A stretch of 62,745 nucleotides of DNA from Octopus sinensis (GCF_006345805.1 NW_021832014.1:1-62745), one strand, 5' to 3'. Shown: positions 1 through 49,365, numbered from the stretch's first letter. Made by a program: numbers and translations. Notes: generated by a model from the sequence alone, not told the origin.

Positions 1-15
1 ATTATTATATTAATA

Positions 16-52
<37 letters not shown>

Positions 53-70
53 GTTATTGTCGTTGTGCAG

Positions 71-34892
<34,822 letters not shown>

Positions 34893-36016
34893 ACATGTAT
34901 AAATATATATTCACGCACACATATATACACACATATATATATATGTACATATATACATACATACATACATATATAAATATAAAAACATATAAATATATAT
35001 ATATATATATACACATTTAACATATATATATATATATATACATTTAACATATATATATATATATACATTTAACATATATATATATATACAATTAACATAT
35101 ATATATATATACATTTAACATATATATATATATATATACATTAAACATATATATATATATATATATATACACTCATATAAACACATATATATATAATTAT
35201 ACACATATATTTATACACATATATATATACACAGATAACCTATTGTAATATTCAATTGTTCCATTTTTATATTATATATATATATTACTGCCCCCGCCCA
35301 TTTCTCATATTTCTCTATCACTTTTATACTTTACATAGTGGCTTTACCAGGTCCAAAATGTCAAAAGGTCAAAGGTCACATATCAGGAGGTCAAACAAGC
35401 AGAATGGTGTGTTACTCAATGCCGACACAATACATTAAAAAAAACCAAATTTTTTTTGGTTTCTCTTTTTTAATTTTTTTTTTTTTTTCCATTGATGTCA
35501 TTTTATCCAATCGCAATGCAGCAAACAATCGTATATAACCAAGACAAAAATATAAATAAAAAAAAAAGAAAGAAAAAAAAACATGTCCAGAGTTGTCACA
35601 CCTGTCTGACCAAAGATCAGAAAATTCCTCCCCCCAGTTCCAAACACGTTGCCTATTTCCAATAATATTTAATCGGAACTTCAATCTATCAGAAACAATT
35701 AAAAAAAAAAAATATTATGGATATTTTTTTTGGGTTTTTCAGTTATCTCCCTTGCCTTTATTTGGTTGATTTAAGCATTGTTCTCAATGTTTACCTCATC
35801 TCAGTACGGGTATAGTGTTGGTTAGTTAAAATCTATTGTGTTTGCCATCACATTGAAGTGTGTTGCGACCAAAATTTTCCTCAAATTCACTGCCTTTATG
35901 TATTTCATTTACATATGTATACATACATACATACATACATATATATATCTATATATATATATATATATATATACATTCATATATATACATATATATACAT
36001 ATGTATATATGTACAC

Positions 36017-36053
<37 letters not shown>

Positions 36054-36112
36054 CATATATATATATATATTATATATATATATATATATATAAAATATTA
36101 GAAAAAATTCAT

Positions 36113-36571
36113 ATTATTTGAGGGAATAAAATCCAAACTTACAAGGAAAAAGAATTCAATTAAGAAATACTAAATCAAATTCCACACAATATAATATATA
36201 TATATATAATATTAGAAAAGAACCCCACCTTTTATCAATTCAAAATGAATAATTAAATTACACCATCTAGAAAATTACATATAATAGAAAAGTTAAAATT
36301 AGAATAACAATTAAAAAGTAAAGTACATATTATATACATTACATTATTCTTGTGATTTACTTAATCTTTACTTTTTAATTGTTATTTTAATTTTCACTTT
36401 TCTATTGTATGTAATTTTCTAGATGGTGTAATTTAATTATTTTGTATTGATAAAAGGTGGGGTTTTTTTCTAATATTTTATATATATATATATATTGTGT
36501 GGAATTTGATTTAGTATTTCTAAATTGAATTCTTTTTCCTTGTAAGTTTGGATTTTATTCCCTCAAATAAT
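36113..36571. mobile_element. Foldback (palindromic) element in (TA)n
   Basis: Arms ~36113-36323 and ~36366-36571 are reverse complements. Confidence 0.85.
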
Positions 36572-37164
36572 TATATATATATATATATATATCGTTTTTG
36601 TTTTCTTATAATCAAGAATTTTAAGATATTTGGTTTTAAAAAAATGATTTTTTTTCATTTTTAACATTGTGTTTCGATCATAATTTAAACTGAAGTTTCT
36701 TGCATAAAATTATGAGGGAAGATGTAAATACTAATATGAACATTTTAAAACGAACATGTTTGATTCCTCCTGTGAGAGGGTGTATATTGGAAATATTGAA
36801 TATGTTAGCACTTGCTTTGAAATATAAATAATACGGACTTCAAAGCCAAAAGTATAATTGGGAACCACCATTTCTTCGTTTGACATCCTGAGGAGACTAA
36901 AAAAAAAACCTTGTGACGAATAAAATGCAAACGATTTGGACTTGGAAGAAAATTTATCCAAAAAAATACGAAATTCCTGAGAAATATTTTTAGAAAAAGA
37001 AAAAACAGATTGAACATTTTTACAGAGAAATATGAGAAAATTAAAAAGTTATAGAAAAAAAAATATGAAAATAGGCCAAAATTGTGCCATTTGTTTAAGA
37101 AACCTCTTCAAAAAGACTGCCAGCTCCGTATGGCACCAAACTGCACAATGTGTCTCTTGGAGCC

Positions 37165-37727
37165 AAATTTATATATATATGTAAACCATACCCATACATA
37201 TATAATATATGCATACATAAATATATATATTAATATATATATACACACACACATATATATACATATATTTTCATATATATAAATATGTATATATGTATAT
37301 AGATATGTATATATACATATATATACACATACATACACAATTATATTCTGCCAAATATTTTGGTGAAACGCACACACATATATATTTACATACTTACATA
37401 TACACATATATATATATATATACATACATGTACATCTTTATATAAATTTATATATATATGTAAAACATACCCATACATATATAATATATATGCATACATA
37501 AATATATATATTAATATATATATACACACACACACATATATATACATATATTTTCATATATATAAATATGTATATATGTATATAAATATGTATATATACA
37601 TACATATATATACACATACATACACAATTATATTCTGCCAAATATTTTGGTGAAACGCACACACATATATATTTACATACTTACATATACACACATATAT
37701 ATATATATATATACATACATGTACATC
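37165..37727. repeat. Local tandem duplication of ~280 bp
   Basis: ATTCTGCCAAATATTTTGGTGAAACGCAC at ~37345 and ~37632 in identical context. Confidence 0.85.
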
Positions 37728-37811
37728 AATATATAAATGGATGTATGTATTTTTCCCTTGTTTACAATTAACATGGAAAAAATAGATAAACAGTTACTTG
37801 TGTTTAACTCC

Positions 37812-37855
<44 letters not shown>

Positions 37856-37987
37856 TTATCTGTACATATATATATAATAAATCATACGTACATATGTATG
37901 TGATATGATATCATATGTATATCCATGATATATATGATACATATATATACACACATATATGGTGTATATAATGTTTATATATATGCT

Positions 37988-38024
<37 letters not shown>

Positions 38025-38541
38025 GACATATAACATACGAAGGTTATCTGTTCAGTTGGAACAAGTCCATATATTTTAATCAACTGGATTTTAACATAAC
38101 TTGAACCATGTTTAATTAAACCATGTTTAATTTATTTTATAATTAACCAAGTCATATCATACTAAAATTAAAACCTTACATGAACATTGAATGCCCGTTT
38201 AAATTTTCCTTGAATATATCAGCGTACCAGATTTGCCTCAAACATACCAACGAACCAGTTTTGCCTCGGGACACATGCCAATCTACCAGATTTTTGCCTT
38301 GAAGATACCAATGTACCAGGTTCAAACCTCAGGCATGCCACCCATGAATTTCCAGTAAATTTTTTTTGTCATTATACATGCATGTATGTGCTAAGGTATT
38401 TATATACCCACACATCTATTATATATATATATATACACACATATATGCATGTATAAGTATATATATATATGGTGAGTTGACCCATATACATATACATATA
38501 TATATGTATGTGTATACATATATATATACACACATGTATAC

Positions 38542-38592
<51 letters not shown>

Positions 38593-38978
38593 ATATGTAG
38601 TGGTTCCAACCATTTTCCTATCGCCATTGATAAAAAGCAAAAAGAACTGAAGAATTTATCGCCGAAAGAAATTCAAAGACACCAAATAAGCGAAGAACAT
38701 TTCGTTTTTACCATCTTTTCCGGAATTTTTTTTTTACTCCTTCAATTTTCTTTTTTTATTTATTCCAACAATATTGTTTATTCCATTTGTATTTTGGTTT
38801 TTTGCAATTTCTTGTTTTTTGTATTTTTTGCTTGTTTTTTTAATTATTTTTTGTGAATTGTAAATGTCTTTTTCTGCCATTTTTTTTTTACTAAACTGTT
38901 TTGTGAAACAATAATAACAATAATGTCGATGACGTCGATAATGATGATGATAATAATAATAATAATAATAATAATAAT

Positions 38979-39425
38979 CCCAATCGATATAAACGTATAA
39001 ACGTATCTGTCAAGACCTACCAAAAACTGAGCAAATATAAAGATCTTGAAAGAGAAATCAGCAAAATGTGGAACCTGAAGACTAAAACAATACCTGTTTT
39101 CATAGGTGCCCTGGGAATGATAGTGAAAGGGGCTGATTGCTACCTAACTCAGATACCAGGAAACCCCAAAATGGCAGAAATTCAAAAGATAGTGCTCATG
39201 GGAACTGCTCATATCCTATGCAAAATACTTTCTATGTAATCTCAAGTTTTAAAACAAACATAATTTTCGGTTTTTTTTAGATATTCACTAGTACAACACT
39301 AAATACAAAACTAAATATATGGCACACTAGGCATAACAACAACATGAACTTCCAACCTGTTGCCTCTTGAGGTCTCTGGGTGAGACTTGGAGCCAACTTG
39401 TACAAATGTAAAACAAAAGTCAAAC
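38979..39425 (+). mobile_element. 5'-truncated non-LTR retrotransposon (R4/Dong-like, end of restriction-like endonuclease domain) in (AAT)n
   Basis: 39000-39239 reads NVSVKTYQKLSKYKDLEREISKMWNLKTKTIPVFIGALGMIV...IQKIVLMGTAHILCKILSM*; (AAT)n on both sides. Confidence 0.85.
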
Positions 39426-39468
<43 letters not shown>

Positions 39469-39875
39469 TTTATTTATTATTTTTCAACAAGAACCCGAAA
39501 TAGTGGGGACAGTATAAACACAAACTCAATGAAGTTGGGTGTGGCCAAAGGGTTTATATCAAGTGAAAATAAGGGAGCAGACATCAACAAAATCTAAAAC
39601 ACAAAAAGTGATCCCTACTATGTGCAATGGAACAACCGCCTTAAGGGATATCTCCGGGCTTCTCATACAAAAGTTCTGGATTGTTCTCCTAGGAAAGGAA
39701 AAGTACCATCTCCAAGTTTTTCCCATATTTGTTTACAGTGGGATTAGCTGCATAATCCCCTAAAAACCTTGCCTGTGTCCCTATTGTCCTCATCTACCTT
39801 TGGTCAAAACAACGCTAGAGGGCAGCACTTCTCTTCATCTTTGCAGCAACCTTCAAGGGATGCAGGAAAATAATA

Positions 39876-39922
<47 letters not shown>

Positions 39923-39923
<1 letters not shown>

Positions 39924-40040
39924 TGTTGTTAGGGACAGCTAGAATACTTAGGAGGGTCCTTCACCTCAAATATTACTTGTAGCCTGATGATAGGAATTTT
40001 TCTTTTCCAACAGACTAATCTGTTGTGTGTATGTGAAGTA
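39923..40040 (+). mobile_element. Extreme 3' fragment of an R4/Dong-like LINE in (AAT)n
   Basis: VLLGTARILRRVLHL*, homologous to the 39200 terminus; flanked by (AAT)n. Confidence 0.7.
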
Positions 40041-40058
40041 ATAATAATGATGATGATG

Positions 40059-40108
<50 letters not shown>

Positions 40109-40187
40109 TGAACAAAAGTGCCCTTATTATTAAGGGCACATTGTAACTAAGGCAGCCGAAATAAAGTTACAATGAAAGGAAACCATA

Positions 40188-40242
<55 letters not shown>

Positions 40243-40300
40243 GTAGTAATAATAATAATAATAATAGTAATAGTAATAGTAACAATAACAACAACAACAA

Positions 40301-40348
<48 letters not shown>

Positions 40349-40350
<2 letters not shown>

Positions 40351-40890
40351 GCCCTGATGCAGTACCAGGCAGTGGCTCTCATGGCTTCTCATCTTAACTG
40401 ATTGGAGGTGTTATCATGTAAATTGTTTTGTCTTAGTATAAAGGTGGGTTACAGCAAATATTCTGCTCAATACCACAGATTTGCTTGTCAGTTGCTTGAC
40501 CTTAAACAGTTGACCATGTCTCTTAGTGGCTGACCATGAGCAAGAGTGGTGGGGAAGCATCATGGCCATGTGTAGCGAGTGATCCTTTCAAGTTTCAATA
40601 ATTCACCTTTGGAAACATGGGTGTTTTGTTCAACATCCTTAAACAAACCTTATTCAATGACCTTTCGAGCAGGAGGGGCTACTTGAGCTGAAGAAAATCC
40701 TAACTGGGCCCCACCTGCAAGGTCATACACTGTTTATCTTGATATGGGATCTCCATGTTCACGCACATATGGTTGTGATGCATGTGTCGGATGTACCCTT
40801 ATTATAAGATGGGTAGACATGATGGGTATAATAGGCTTCGTATATTTGTACCCAAGTGTCACTTTGATGGTATGCACTGCTCCCCCTCTC
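40349..40890. mobile_element. Unclassified ~540-bp element inserted in (AAT)n
   Basis: Complex sequence with sharp boundaries between two long (AAT)n tracts; no credible ORF. Confidence 0.4.
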
Positions 40891-40899
40891 AATAATAAC

Positions 40900-40935
<36 letters not shown>

Positions 40936-41013
40936 TTAATAATAATAATGATGATGATGGTGATGATCATGATCATGATGATGATAATTATAATAGTAAT
41001 AATAATAATAATG

Positions 41014-41044
<31 letters not shown>

Positions 41045-41052
41045 TAATTATA

Positions 41053-41083
<31 letters not shown>

Positions 41084-41118
41084 TGATAATTATAATAATG
41101 ATGATAATTATAATAATG

Positions 41119-41165
<47 letters not shown>

Positions 41166-41254
41166 TATAATAGTAATAATAATAATAATAATATATAATA
41201 ATAATAATGATAATAATAATAATAATAATAATAATGATGATAATTATAATAATG

Positions 41255-41296
<42 letters not shown>

Positions 41297-41330
41297 TAAT
41301 AATAATAATAATGGTAATAATAATAATAAC

Positions 41331-41377
<47 letters not shown>

Positions 41378-41416
41378 TGATAGTTATAATAATAACAATA
41401 ATGATAATAATAATAG

Positions 41417-41450
<34 letters not shown>

Positions 41451-41819
41451 AATAATAATAATGGTGATTTCAAAATTTGGCACAAGGCCAGAAATTTTGT
41501 TTGGGAGGGGCAAGTTTATAACATCAACTCACTGCATTTCAGTGGTATTTTTAGTTTATGAGTACCAAAAGTAAAGGTTCGTGTTCCGAGTTCAAATCAC
41601 ACAGTGGCCTACTTGGGTGATAGACTTAATCTATCTTAGCAACATGGTCTTCGGATGAATCTTTAGCAAAGTCCACTCTGTTGCAAGCACTTGTGTTTGA
41701 ACATCGGTTCGAAGATGCTGTCCTCCCACCCACCCATCAGTTTCGAAGGACCTAGAAATGGTCAAGTGCTCTCCTTAACTTTTTGACCAAAGGAGTAAAG
41801 CAAAATTTCTTTTTAAACA

Positions 41820-42215
41820 CAGGCAAGGCTGCGTAGTAAGAAACTTGTTTCCCAACCATATGGTTCCGGGTTCAGTCCCACTGCGCGGCACCTTAGGCAA
41901 GTGTCTTCTATTATAGCCTCGGGTCAACCAAAGCCTTGCAAGTGAATTTGGTAGATGGAAACTGTAAAGAAGCCCATCATATATATGTGTATATTTACAT
42001 ATATATATATTTATGTGTGTGTCTTTGTGTCTGCATTTGTCCTCCTGCCATCACTTGATAACCAATGTTGATATGTTTACGACCCCATAACTTAGCAGTT
42101 TGACAAAAGAGACTGACAGTATGTCCTGGGGTCGATTTCTTCAACTAAAACCCCTTTAAGGCCATGCTCCAGCATGGCCACATCAAATAACTGAAACAAG
42201 TAAAAGAGTAAAAGA
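41820..42215 (+). mobile_element. SINE family A (diverged)
   Basis: Same blocks and GTAAAAGA tail. Confidence 0.8.
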
Positions 42216-42703
42216 AAAGAATGCATCAGTTTTATAACTTGGCCCACCCTGCCTCACCATCAGGTTTACCAGAGAATTGAACCATCTTCTCTGTCCCTAC
42301 TGTCTGCTTTTACAAGTATCATGTGATCAGGACTTGATTGGAACAAGACCTGTCTCCAGCTCTTTTTAAATACACCCACAATATGACCTCTGTTGCCATA
42401 GTCACAAGACAGAGAAAAACTGCGTGCCCTTTCTTGCCAAAGAGGGTGATAAGGGAGCCTATATTTACGAGGGACTCAGCCAATAGCTTCCTGATCAGTC
42501 CCTACATGTGCTAACAACTATTCAACATAGTTGAAGAAATTGACAACTTGCAGACAATAAAGTTCTGAATGAATAATAATAATAATAATAATAGTAATAG
42601 TAATAGTAGTAGTAGTAGGTGTAGTAATAATAATAATAATAATATAATAATAATAATAATAATAATAATAGTAATAGTAGTAGTAGTAGTTGTAGTAATA
42701 ATA

Positions 42704-42751
<48 letters not shown>

Positions 42752-42777
42752 GTAATAGTAGTAGTAGTAGTTGTAGT

Positions 42778-43000
42778 TCTTCACTCAGCTGTAGAAAAAT
42801 GAGTTGCGACGTCACAGGTGCCAAGATGTATCGACCTTTGTCTTTCCCTTGGATAACACTGGTGGCGTGGAGAGGGGAGGCTGGTATGCATGGGCGACTG
42901 CTGGTCTTCCATAAACAACCTTGCCCGGACTTGTGTCTAGGAGGGTAACTTTCTAGGTGCAATCCCATGGTCATTCATGACCGAAGGGGGTCTTTACCCT
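42778..43000 (+). mobile_element. 5'-truncated retroposon with 13-bp TSD
   Basis: TAGTAGTTGTAGT at 42765-42777 and 43001-43013; the same 3' end recurs at ~32670-32725. Confidence 0.75.
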
Positions 43001-43014
43001 TAGTAGTTGTAGTA

Positions 43015-43060
<46 letters not shown>

Positions 43061-43145
43061 TAATAATAATAATCATAATCATTTCTGATTTTAACAACAA
43101 CAACAATAATAATAATAACAATGATAAAAATAATAATGATTATGT

Positions 43146-43630
43146 CAATATGTCTGACATTGTTATCAAGGACTGGAAGTATTAGAGAAGCATACACGAT
43201 GTCATAGCAATATCTTCTGAAAGAAACCCCTCTATGGAAAGTCACAGTGAAGCTGACCAAGTAGAAAGACTTGGGAATCAAGATCAACGGGATGAGGAAT
43301 ATAAAAGCTGGAATAATACCAGAGGTTTTCAGAAAAGTTGAACTCAAACAAAACCAAAAAATGAAGGCAATAAAATGGTAACGTCAATATTTATGGAGTC
43401 CAGAAGATAGCGCTACTTAGAACAGCTTAAATTACTACAGAGAGTGTCGCCAATCAAGTGTGATCTTGTCTATGGTGCCTCGGGCCCATTGTGAAGACCT
43501 GGTCTTGCAGGATGGAAATCTGGAAATGCAATATGAGCGCTAACAGGCAAATACCAAACTTGTTAGGAAGTACTCAGTTGGAAGCAATACTTGAAGCAGC
43601 TTATGTATTAAGGAAAAGTATTACATCTCT
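43146..43630 (+). pseudogene. Decayed restriction-like endonuclease domain of an R4/Dong-like LINE
   Basis: NMSDIVIKD...KVTVKLTK*KDLGIKING with stops and frameshifts (cf. RPDIV...KYxDL); terminal AYVLRKSI. Confidence 0.6.
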
Positions 43631-44479
43631 AAGCTGCAGAATGGAGCTGAGAGGGGGGAATGGATAACTGAGGAGAATAAAAAAAGGATCACAAAAGGAA
43701 GAAGAAGAAGAAGAAGAAGAATGAGGAAAAGAAGAAGAAGAAGAAGAAGAATGAGGAAAAGTAGAAGAAGAAGAAGAAAAAGAAAAAGAAGAAGAAGAAG
43801 AAGAAGAATGAGGAAAAGTAGAAGAAGAAGAAGAAAAAGAAAAAGAAGAAAAAGAAAAAGAAGAAGAAGAAGAAGAAGAAGAAGAAGAAGAAGAAGAAGA
43901 AGAAGAAGAAGAAGGACAACAATAAGACAAGAACAAGAACAAGAAGAGGTGGTGGTGGTGGTTGGAGGAGTAGGAGGAGGAGGATTTTGCTGTGATTTAT
44001 TTAACTGAATCTAAAAAAAGAAAAAACAAGCCATGGTCCCATATGAACCCCTGGTTCTCATATATAACCTTCTATCAAGTGTCTTTGTTACTGTTATTGC
44101 TATTGGGAAAGGCATGAGCATCTTAACTTCACCTTTTCCTTTTTCCCCGATTGTCTTAAATTCCACTTCAGATTCATGCAAGAAACATTTCTTTCACGGA
44201 AGAATGTGAAAATATTGAAGTAAATAAACAAATGTGTCAACAGACTAATACCCAGATTGAGGGATTCTGATCACATTAAAGGTATTCTACTGATGTCCTT
44301 GGGCAAGACACTTAACTCTACTTACCTAACTTACCTTTGATACCTGAGTAATACTCCATGAAAACGCTTGACCGACCTAAGGCCTTGTTTCTGTGTACGG
44401 CCGTTGTCGATGTTGGGCTGCGATGAAATATTTGGATTTATTCTTGTGAGTAAAATGAAGTGGATGTACAGGTAACAAT

Positions 44480-45270
44480 GCTGTGACAAGATGTGAAGTT
44501 ACAGGGTCAGAGTTATGACAAGATGTGCTAATACCAGGATCATTGCTATACGATGTGATATACAAAGATCAAAGATATGACAAGATGTGAAATATTAGAT
44601 TCAGTGTTTTGACAAAATGTGATATACCAGGTTCAGACTTATGACAAGATATTTTATGCTAAAGAGCAGAGTTCTAACAAGATATGATATACTAAGATCA
44701 CAGTTATGATAATATGTGAAATACTAAGTCCAGTTTTTTGACATGATGTGGTGTGACAGGATCTAAACTATGATCAGATGTGATAATAACAGGGTCAGAG
44801 TTATGACAAGATGTGATATATCAAGGCTAGAACTATGATGGGATGTGATATACTAAGATCACAGGCTATGACAAGATGTGAAATATCAGGTTCAGAATTA
44901 TGACAAGATGTGATAATAACAGACTCAGAGTTATGACAAGATATGATATGCCAAGGAGCAGGATTATGACAAGATGTGATATACCAGGGTCAGAACTATG
45001 ACAAGATGTGAAAGTGGGCTCATAGCCATGACAAGATGTGATATACAAGGGTAATAGCTATGACAAGATGTGATAATACTAGGATCATAGCTATGATATG
45101 ATGTGATATACTAACATCAGAGATATTATACCAGGATCAGAATTATGACAAGATGTGATATGCAAAGGTCACAGCTATGACAAGATGTGATATACCAGGA
45201 TCAAAGCTATGACAAAATGTGATGTACCATGGGTTACACTTATGATAAGATGAGATCAAAGTTATGACAA
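44480..45270. repeat. Degenerate ~31-bp minisatellite
   Basis: Recurring TATGACAAGATGTGATATAC core. Confidence 0.9.
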
Positions 45271-45369
45271 CAGTCTTAAAGGGAGGCTTTAAGACTGTCG
45301 TAAAGATTGCTTCGTTTACAGTATTAATTGTCCTTGAATATCTTAAACCTCTCATTCACCTCTGAATGC

Positions 45370-45420
<51 letters not shown>

Positions 45421-45423
<3 letters not shown>

Positions 45424-45854
45424 GGTGGTGAACTGCAGAATCGTTACCACACCAGGCAAAATTCTTAGCGGCATTTTGTCAGTCTTAACGTACTGAGTTC
45501 AAATCCCGCTGAGGTCGACTTTGCCTTTCATCCTTTCGGGGTCGATAAATTAAGTACCAGTGAAACACTGGGGTCGATGTAACCGATTGATACCCCCCAC
45601 CAAAAATTCAGGCCTTGAGCCTATTTTCATTATTTTTATAAAGGCGATGAGCTGACAGAATCGTTTGCACGTCGGGTGAAATGCTTAGTGGTATATCGCC
45701 TGTTGCTACGTTCTGAGTTCAAATTCTGCCGAGGTCGACTTTGCCTTTTATCCTTTCGGGGTCGATAAATTAAGTACCAGTGATGCACTGGGGTCGATGT
45801 AATCGACTGGTCCCCTCCCCACAAATTTCAGGCCTATTGCCTTTATTAGAAAGG

Positions 45855-45943
<89 letters not shown>

Positions 45944-46190
45944 CAAGCTGGCAGAATCGTTAGCACACCAGGCAAAATGCTTGATTAAACAGCATTTTGT
46001 CTGTCTTCACGTTCTGAGTTCAATTTCTGCCAAGGTCGACTTTGCCTTTTATCCATTTCGGGGGGTGGGGGGGCGGTCAATAAAAATAAGTACCAGTCGA
46101 GTACTGGCATTGATTTAATCAACTTACCCCACCTACCCCCGCCCACCACCGCCGCCACCAAAATTGCTGGCCTTGTGCCAAAATTAGAAA
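45421..46190 (+). mobile_element. Cluster of three SINE family B copies in (ATT)n/(AAT)n tracts
   Basis: Heads at ~45421, ~45642 and ~45945. Confidence 0.8.
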
Positions 46191-46365
46191 CCATTATTGT
46201 TATTATTGTTGATGTCGCTGTTGATGTAATTTTTAACATTATTGTTGCTCTAATTGTTATTGTTGTTGCTGCTATTGTATTTGCTACTACTGTTGCTCCT
46301 GCTGCTACCACTGCTGGTGTTGTTATTGTTGTTGCTCTAATTGTTCTTGTTGTTTTTGTTGTTGT

Positions 46366-47140
46366 TATTCATCCCCAGGTGATCCTCGATTGAACAGAGC
46401 TACGGTCAAAGCCTTTCCAGCCATGCCCGCCTCGTCTTGCTTTCAGGAGTAGTATATCTAGGACTACCTTTATTCAAAGTGTTCCCTGCCTTCCCCCAGC
46501 TTTCTTTTTTAACACAGTAAGACTTGATTTGAGAGGAACATGGCTGCTATTTCTAACAGTCCAGGCAACTGCGTAGAGGCTCCCTCATTGCTATTGCTAT
46601 TGTTGTTGTTGGTGGTGGTGGTGTTGTTATTCATCCCCAGGTAATCCTCACTTGAACAGAGCTATGATCAAAGCCTTTCCAGCCATGCCCACCTCATCTT
46701 GCTTTCAGGAGTAGTATATCTAGGACTACCTTTATTCAAAGTGTTCCCTGCCTTCCCCCAGCTTTCCTTTTTAACACGGTAAGACTCGATTTGAGAGGAA
46801 CATGGCTGCTATTTCTAACAGTCCAGGCAACTGCATAGAGGCTCCCTCATTGCTATTGCTATTGTTGTTGTTGTTGTTGTTGTTTTTGTTGTTGTTGTTC
46901 ATCCCCAGGTGATCCTCGATTGAACAGAGCTACGATCAAAGCCTTTCCAGCCATGCCCGCCTCATCTTGCTTTCAGGAGTAGTATATCTAGGACTACCTT
47001 TATTCAAAGTGCTCCTAGCCTTCCCCCCCCCCCAGCTTTCTTTTTTAACACGGTAAGACTTGATTTGAGAGAAACATGGCTGCTATTTCTAGCAGTCCAG
47101 GCAACTGCATAGCGGCTCCCTCATTGCTATTGCTATTGTT
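46366..47140 (-). repeat. Three tandem ~235-bp copies of a retroposon 3' part separated by (GTT)n
   Basis: ATTCATCCCCAGGT...CTCCCTCATTGCTATT recurs at ~46366, ~46628 and ~46897; related CATGGCTGGAATGCC blocks at ~51600 and ~56040-56590. Confidence 0.75.
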
Positions 47141-47148
47141 GTTGTTAT

Positions 47149-47179
<31 letters not shown>

Positions 47180-47589
47180 ATGGCTACTATTGCTGTTGTT
47201 GTTGTTGTTGTTGTCGTATTGCTCTGTTTGTCTTCCTCTGGATGGTCTAGAGTTCAAAGGCAGCTTGTTATGTTTTTCTGCTCATTTAAGTTGTGACGTC
47301 TCATGAAAAGGGGCTACTTTGGGATAGATTAAGGGTTCAGGGACCAAATACTGGTCTAAAACGGAAGCATCAGGTATCAGTTGAAAGATTGGCAAAGCCA
47401 CAAGATGGGGAGGAAGCAGCAAGCAACCGCTTGAAAGTAAGGGAGTTAGTAATTATTTGGAGAAACACAAGAGAATGGCAAGCAATTATTTAAAGAAGGT
47501 TGTGCAGTAGGCAACTTTTCAGAGGTAGATGAGAGAAGAATCAAGTAAATGAAGCAATTGGTTATTCAAAGAAAGAAAGAAGGAAAAAG

Positions 47590-49365
47590 CAAGCAACTTT
47601 TAAAGAAAGCCAAGAGAAGTAATAAGCAACTTTGAAAGACAGGTAAGAGAAGTAACAAGCAACTTTCAAAGAAAGACAAGACTAATTAGTAAGCAACTTT
47701 CAAAGACAGGTGTTTGCAACAAGCAACTATCTAAAGACAGATAAGAGAAGCAACAAGCAACATTCAAAGACAAGAGAAGCAACAAGCAACTTTCAAAGAC
47801 AAATAAGAGAAGTAACAAGCAACTTTCAAAGACAGATAAGAGAAGTAACAAGCAACTTTCAAAGACAAGAGAAGCAGCAAGCAACTTTCAAAGACAAGAG
47901 AAGTAACAAGCAACTTTCAAAGAAAGACAAGACTAAATAGTAAGCAATGTTCAAAGACAAGAGAAGCAACTTTCAAAGACAGATAAGAGAAGTAAGAAGC
48001 AACTTTTAAAGAAAGACAAGAGAAGCAACAAGCAAGTAACAAGCAAGTTTCAAAGAAAAAGGCTGGCAAAGCAAGATATCAAATTGAGATGAAGGATAGG
48101 CAACTTTTTAAAGAGAGACAAATAAACAAGCAACTTTTCAAACATAGACAAGGCAACTATTTAAAGACAAGACAGCAAGCAACTATTTAAGACAAGAAAC
48201 AAGCAACTATTCAAACATAGACAAGGCAACTATTTAAAGACAAGACAACAAGCAACTATTTAAAGACAAGACAACAAGCAACTATTTAAAGACAACAAGC
48301 AACTATTTAAGACAAGAAACAAGCAACTATTCAAACATAGACAAGGCAACTATTTAAAGACAACAAGTAACATGCAACTATTCACAGACAGATAAGGCAA
48401 AAACCAACTTTTTACAGACAGGTAAGGTACACAGCAACTGTTCAAACAAAGACAACAAAAAGAAGCATGTATTTCAAAAAAAGACAAGGCAACACAGGAA
48501 CTATTTAATGACAGACAAGGAAACAAGCAACTATTAACAGACAGACAAGACGACTAGCAACTATTCAAAGACAGGCAAGGTAACATGCAACTTTTTAAAG
48601 ACAGACAACACTACAAGCAACTATTAACAGACAGACGAGGCAACAAGCAACTTTTCACACAGTCAAGGCAACGAACAACTATAGAAAGACAGGCAAAGCA
48701 ACATGCAACTTTTTAAAGACAGACAAGGCAACAGACAACTTTTCATAGACAGAGAAGACAACAAGCAACTATTGAAAGACAGATAAGGCAATAAGCAACT
48801 ATAGAAAGACAGGCAAAGCAACATGCAACTTTTCAAAGACAGACAAGGCAACATGAAACTTTTCAAAGACAGACAAGGCAACAAGCAACTATAGAAAGAT
48901 AGTCAAAGCAACATGCAACTTTTCAAAGACAGACAAGGCAATAGGCAACTTTTCAAAGACAGACAAGGCAACATGTAATTATTCAAAGACAGAGAAGACG
49001 ACAAGCAACTATTGAAAGATAGATAAAGCAATAAGAAACTTTTCATAGATGGGTAAGGCAAGAAGCAATTATTCAAAAACACACGAGGCAACATGAAACT
49101 TTACACAGACCAACAAGGCAATAAGCAACTCTTCACAGATGGGTAAGCAACTATTCAAAGAAGCAACTATTCAAAGACACACGAGGCAACATGAAACTTT
49201 TCGCAGACCAACAAGGTAACAAGCAACTTTTCAAAGGCAAACAGAGCAACTTTTCACAGACAGACAAACAAGGCAACAAGCAACAGTTAAAATAGCCACA
49301 AAGCACTAAGCAATTTATAAATGGCATAAGAAGAAGCAACAAGCAACTATTCAAAGGCAACTTAA
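47590..49365. repeat. Degenerate ~26-36-bp minisatellite, ~1.8 kb
   Basis: Recurring AAGCAACT(T/A)TTCAAAGACAGACAAGGC. Confidence 0.9.

Noticed and set aside
65-70. ORF-track start MQ at 65
   Set aside because: GTG CAG is the intron acceptor; the gene begins upstream of the window
34893-35160. Pumilio (TGTACATA, 34944) and ATTTA elements in the proximal 3' UTR
   Set aside because: Expected by chance within TA/CA microsatellite
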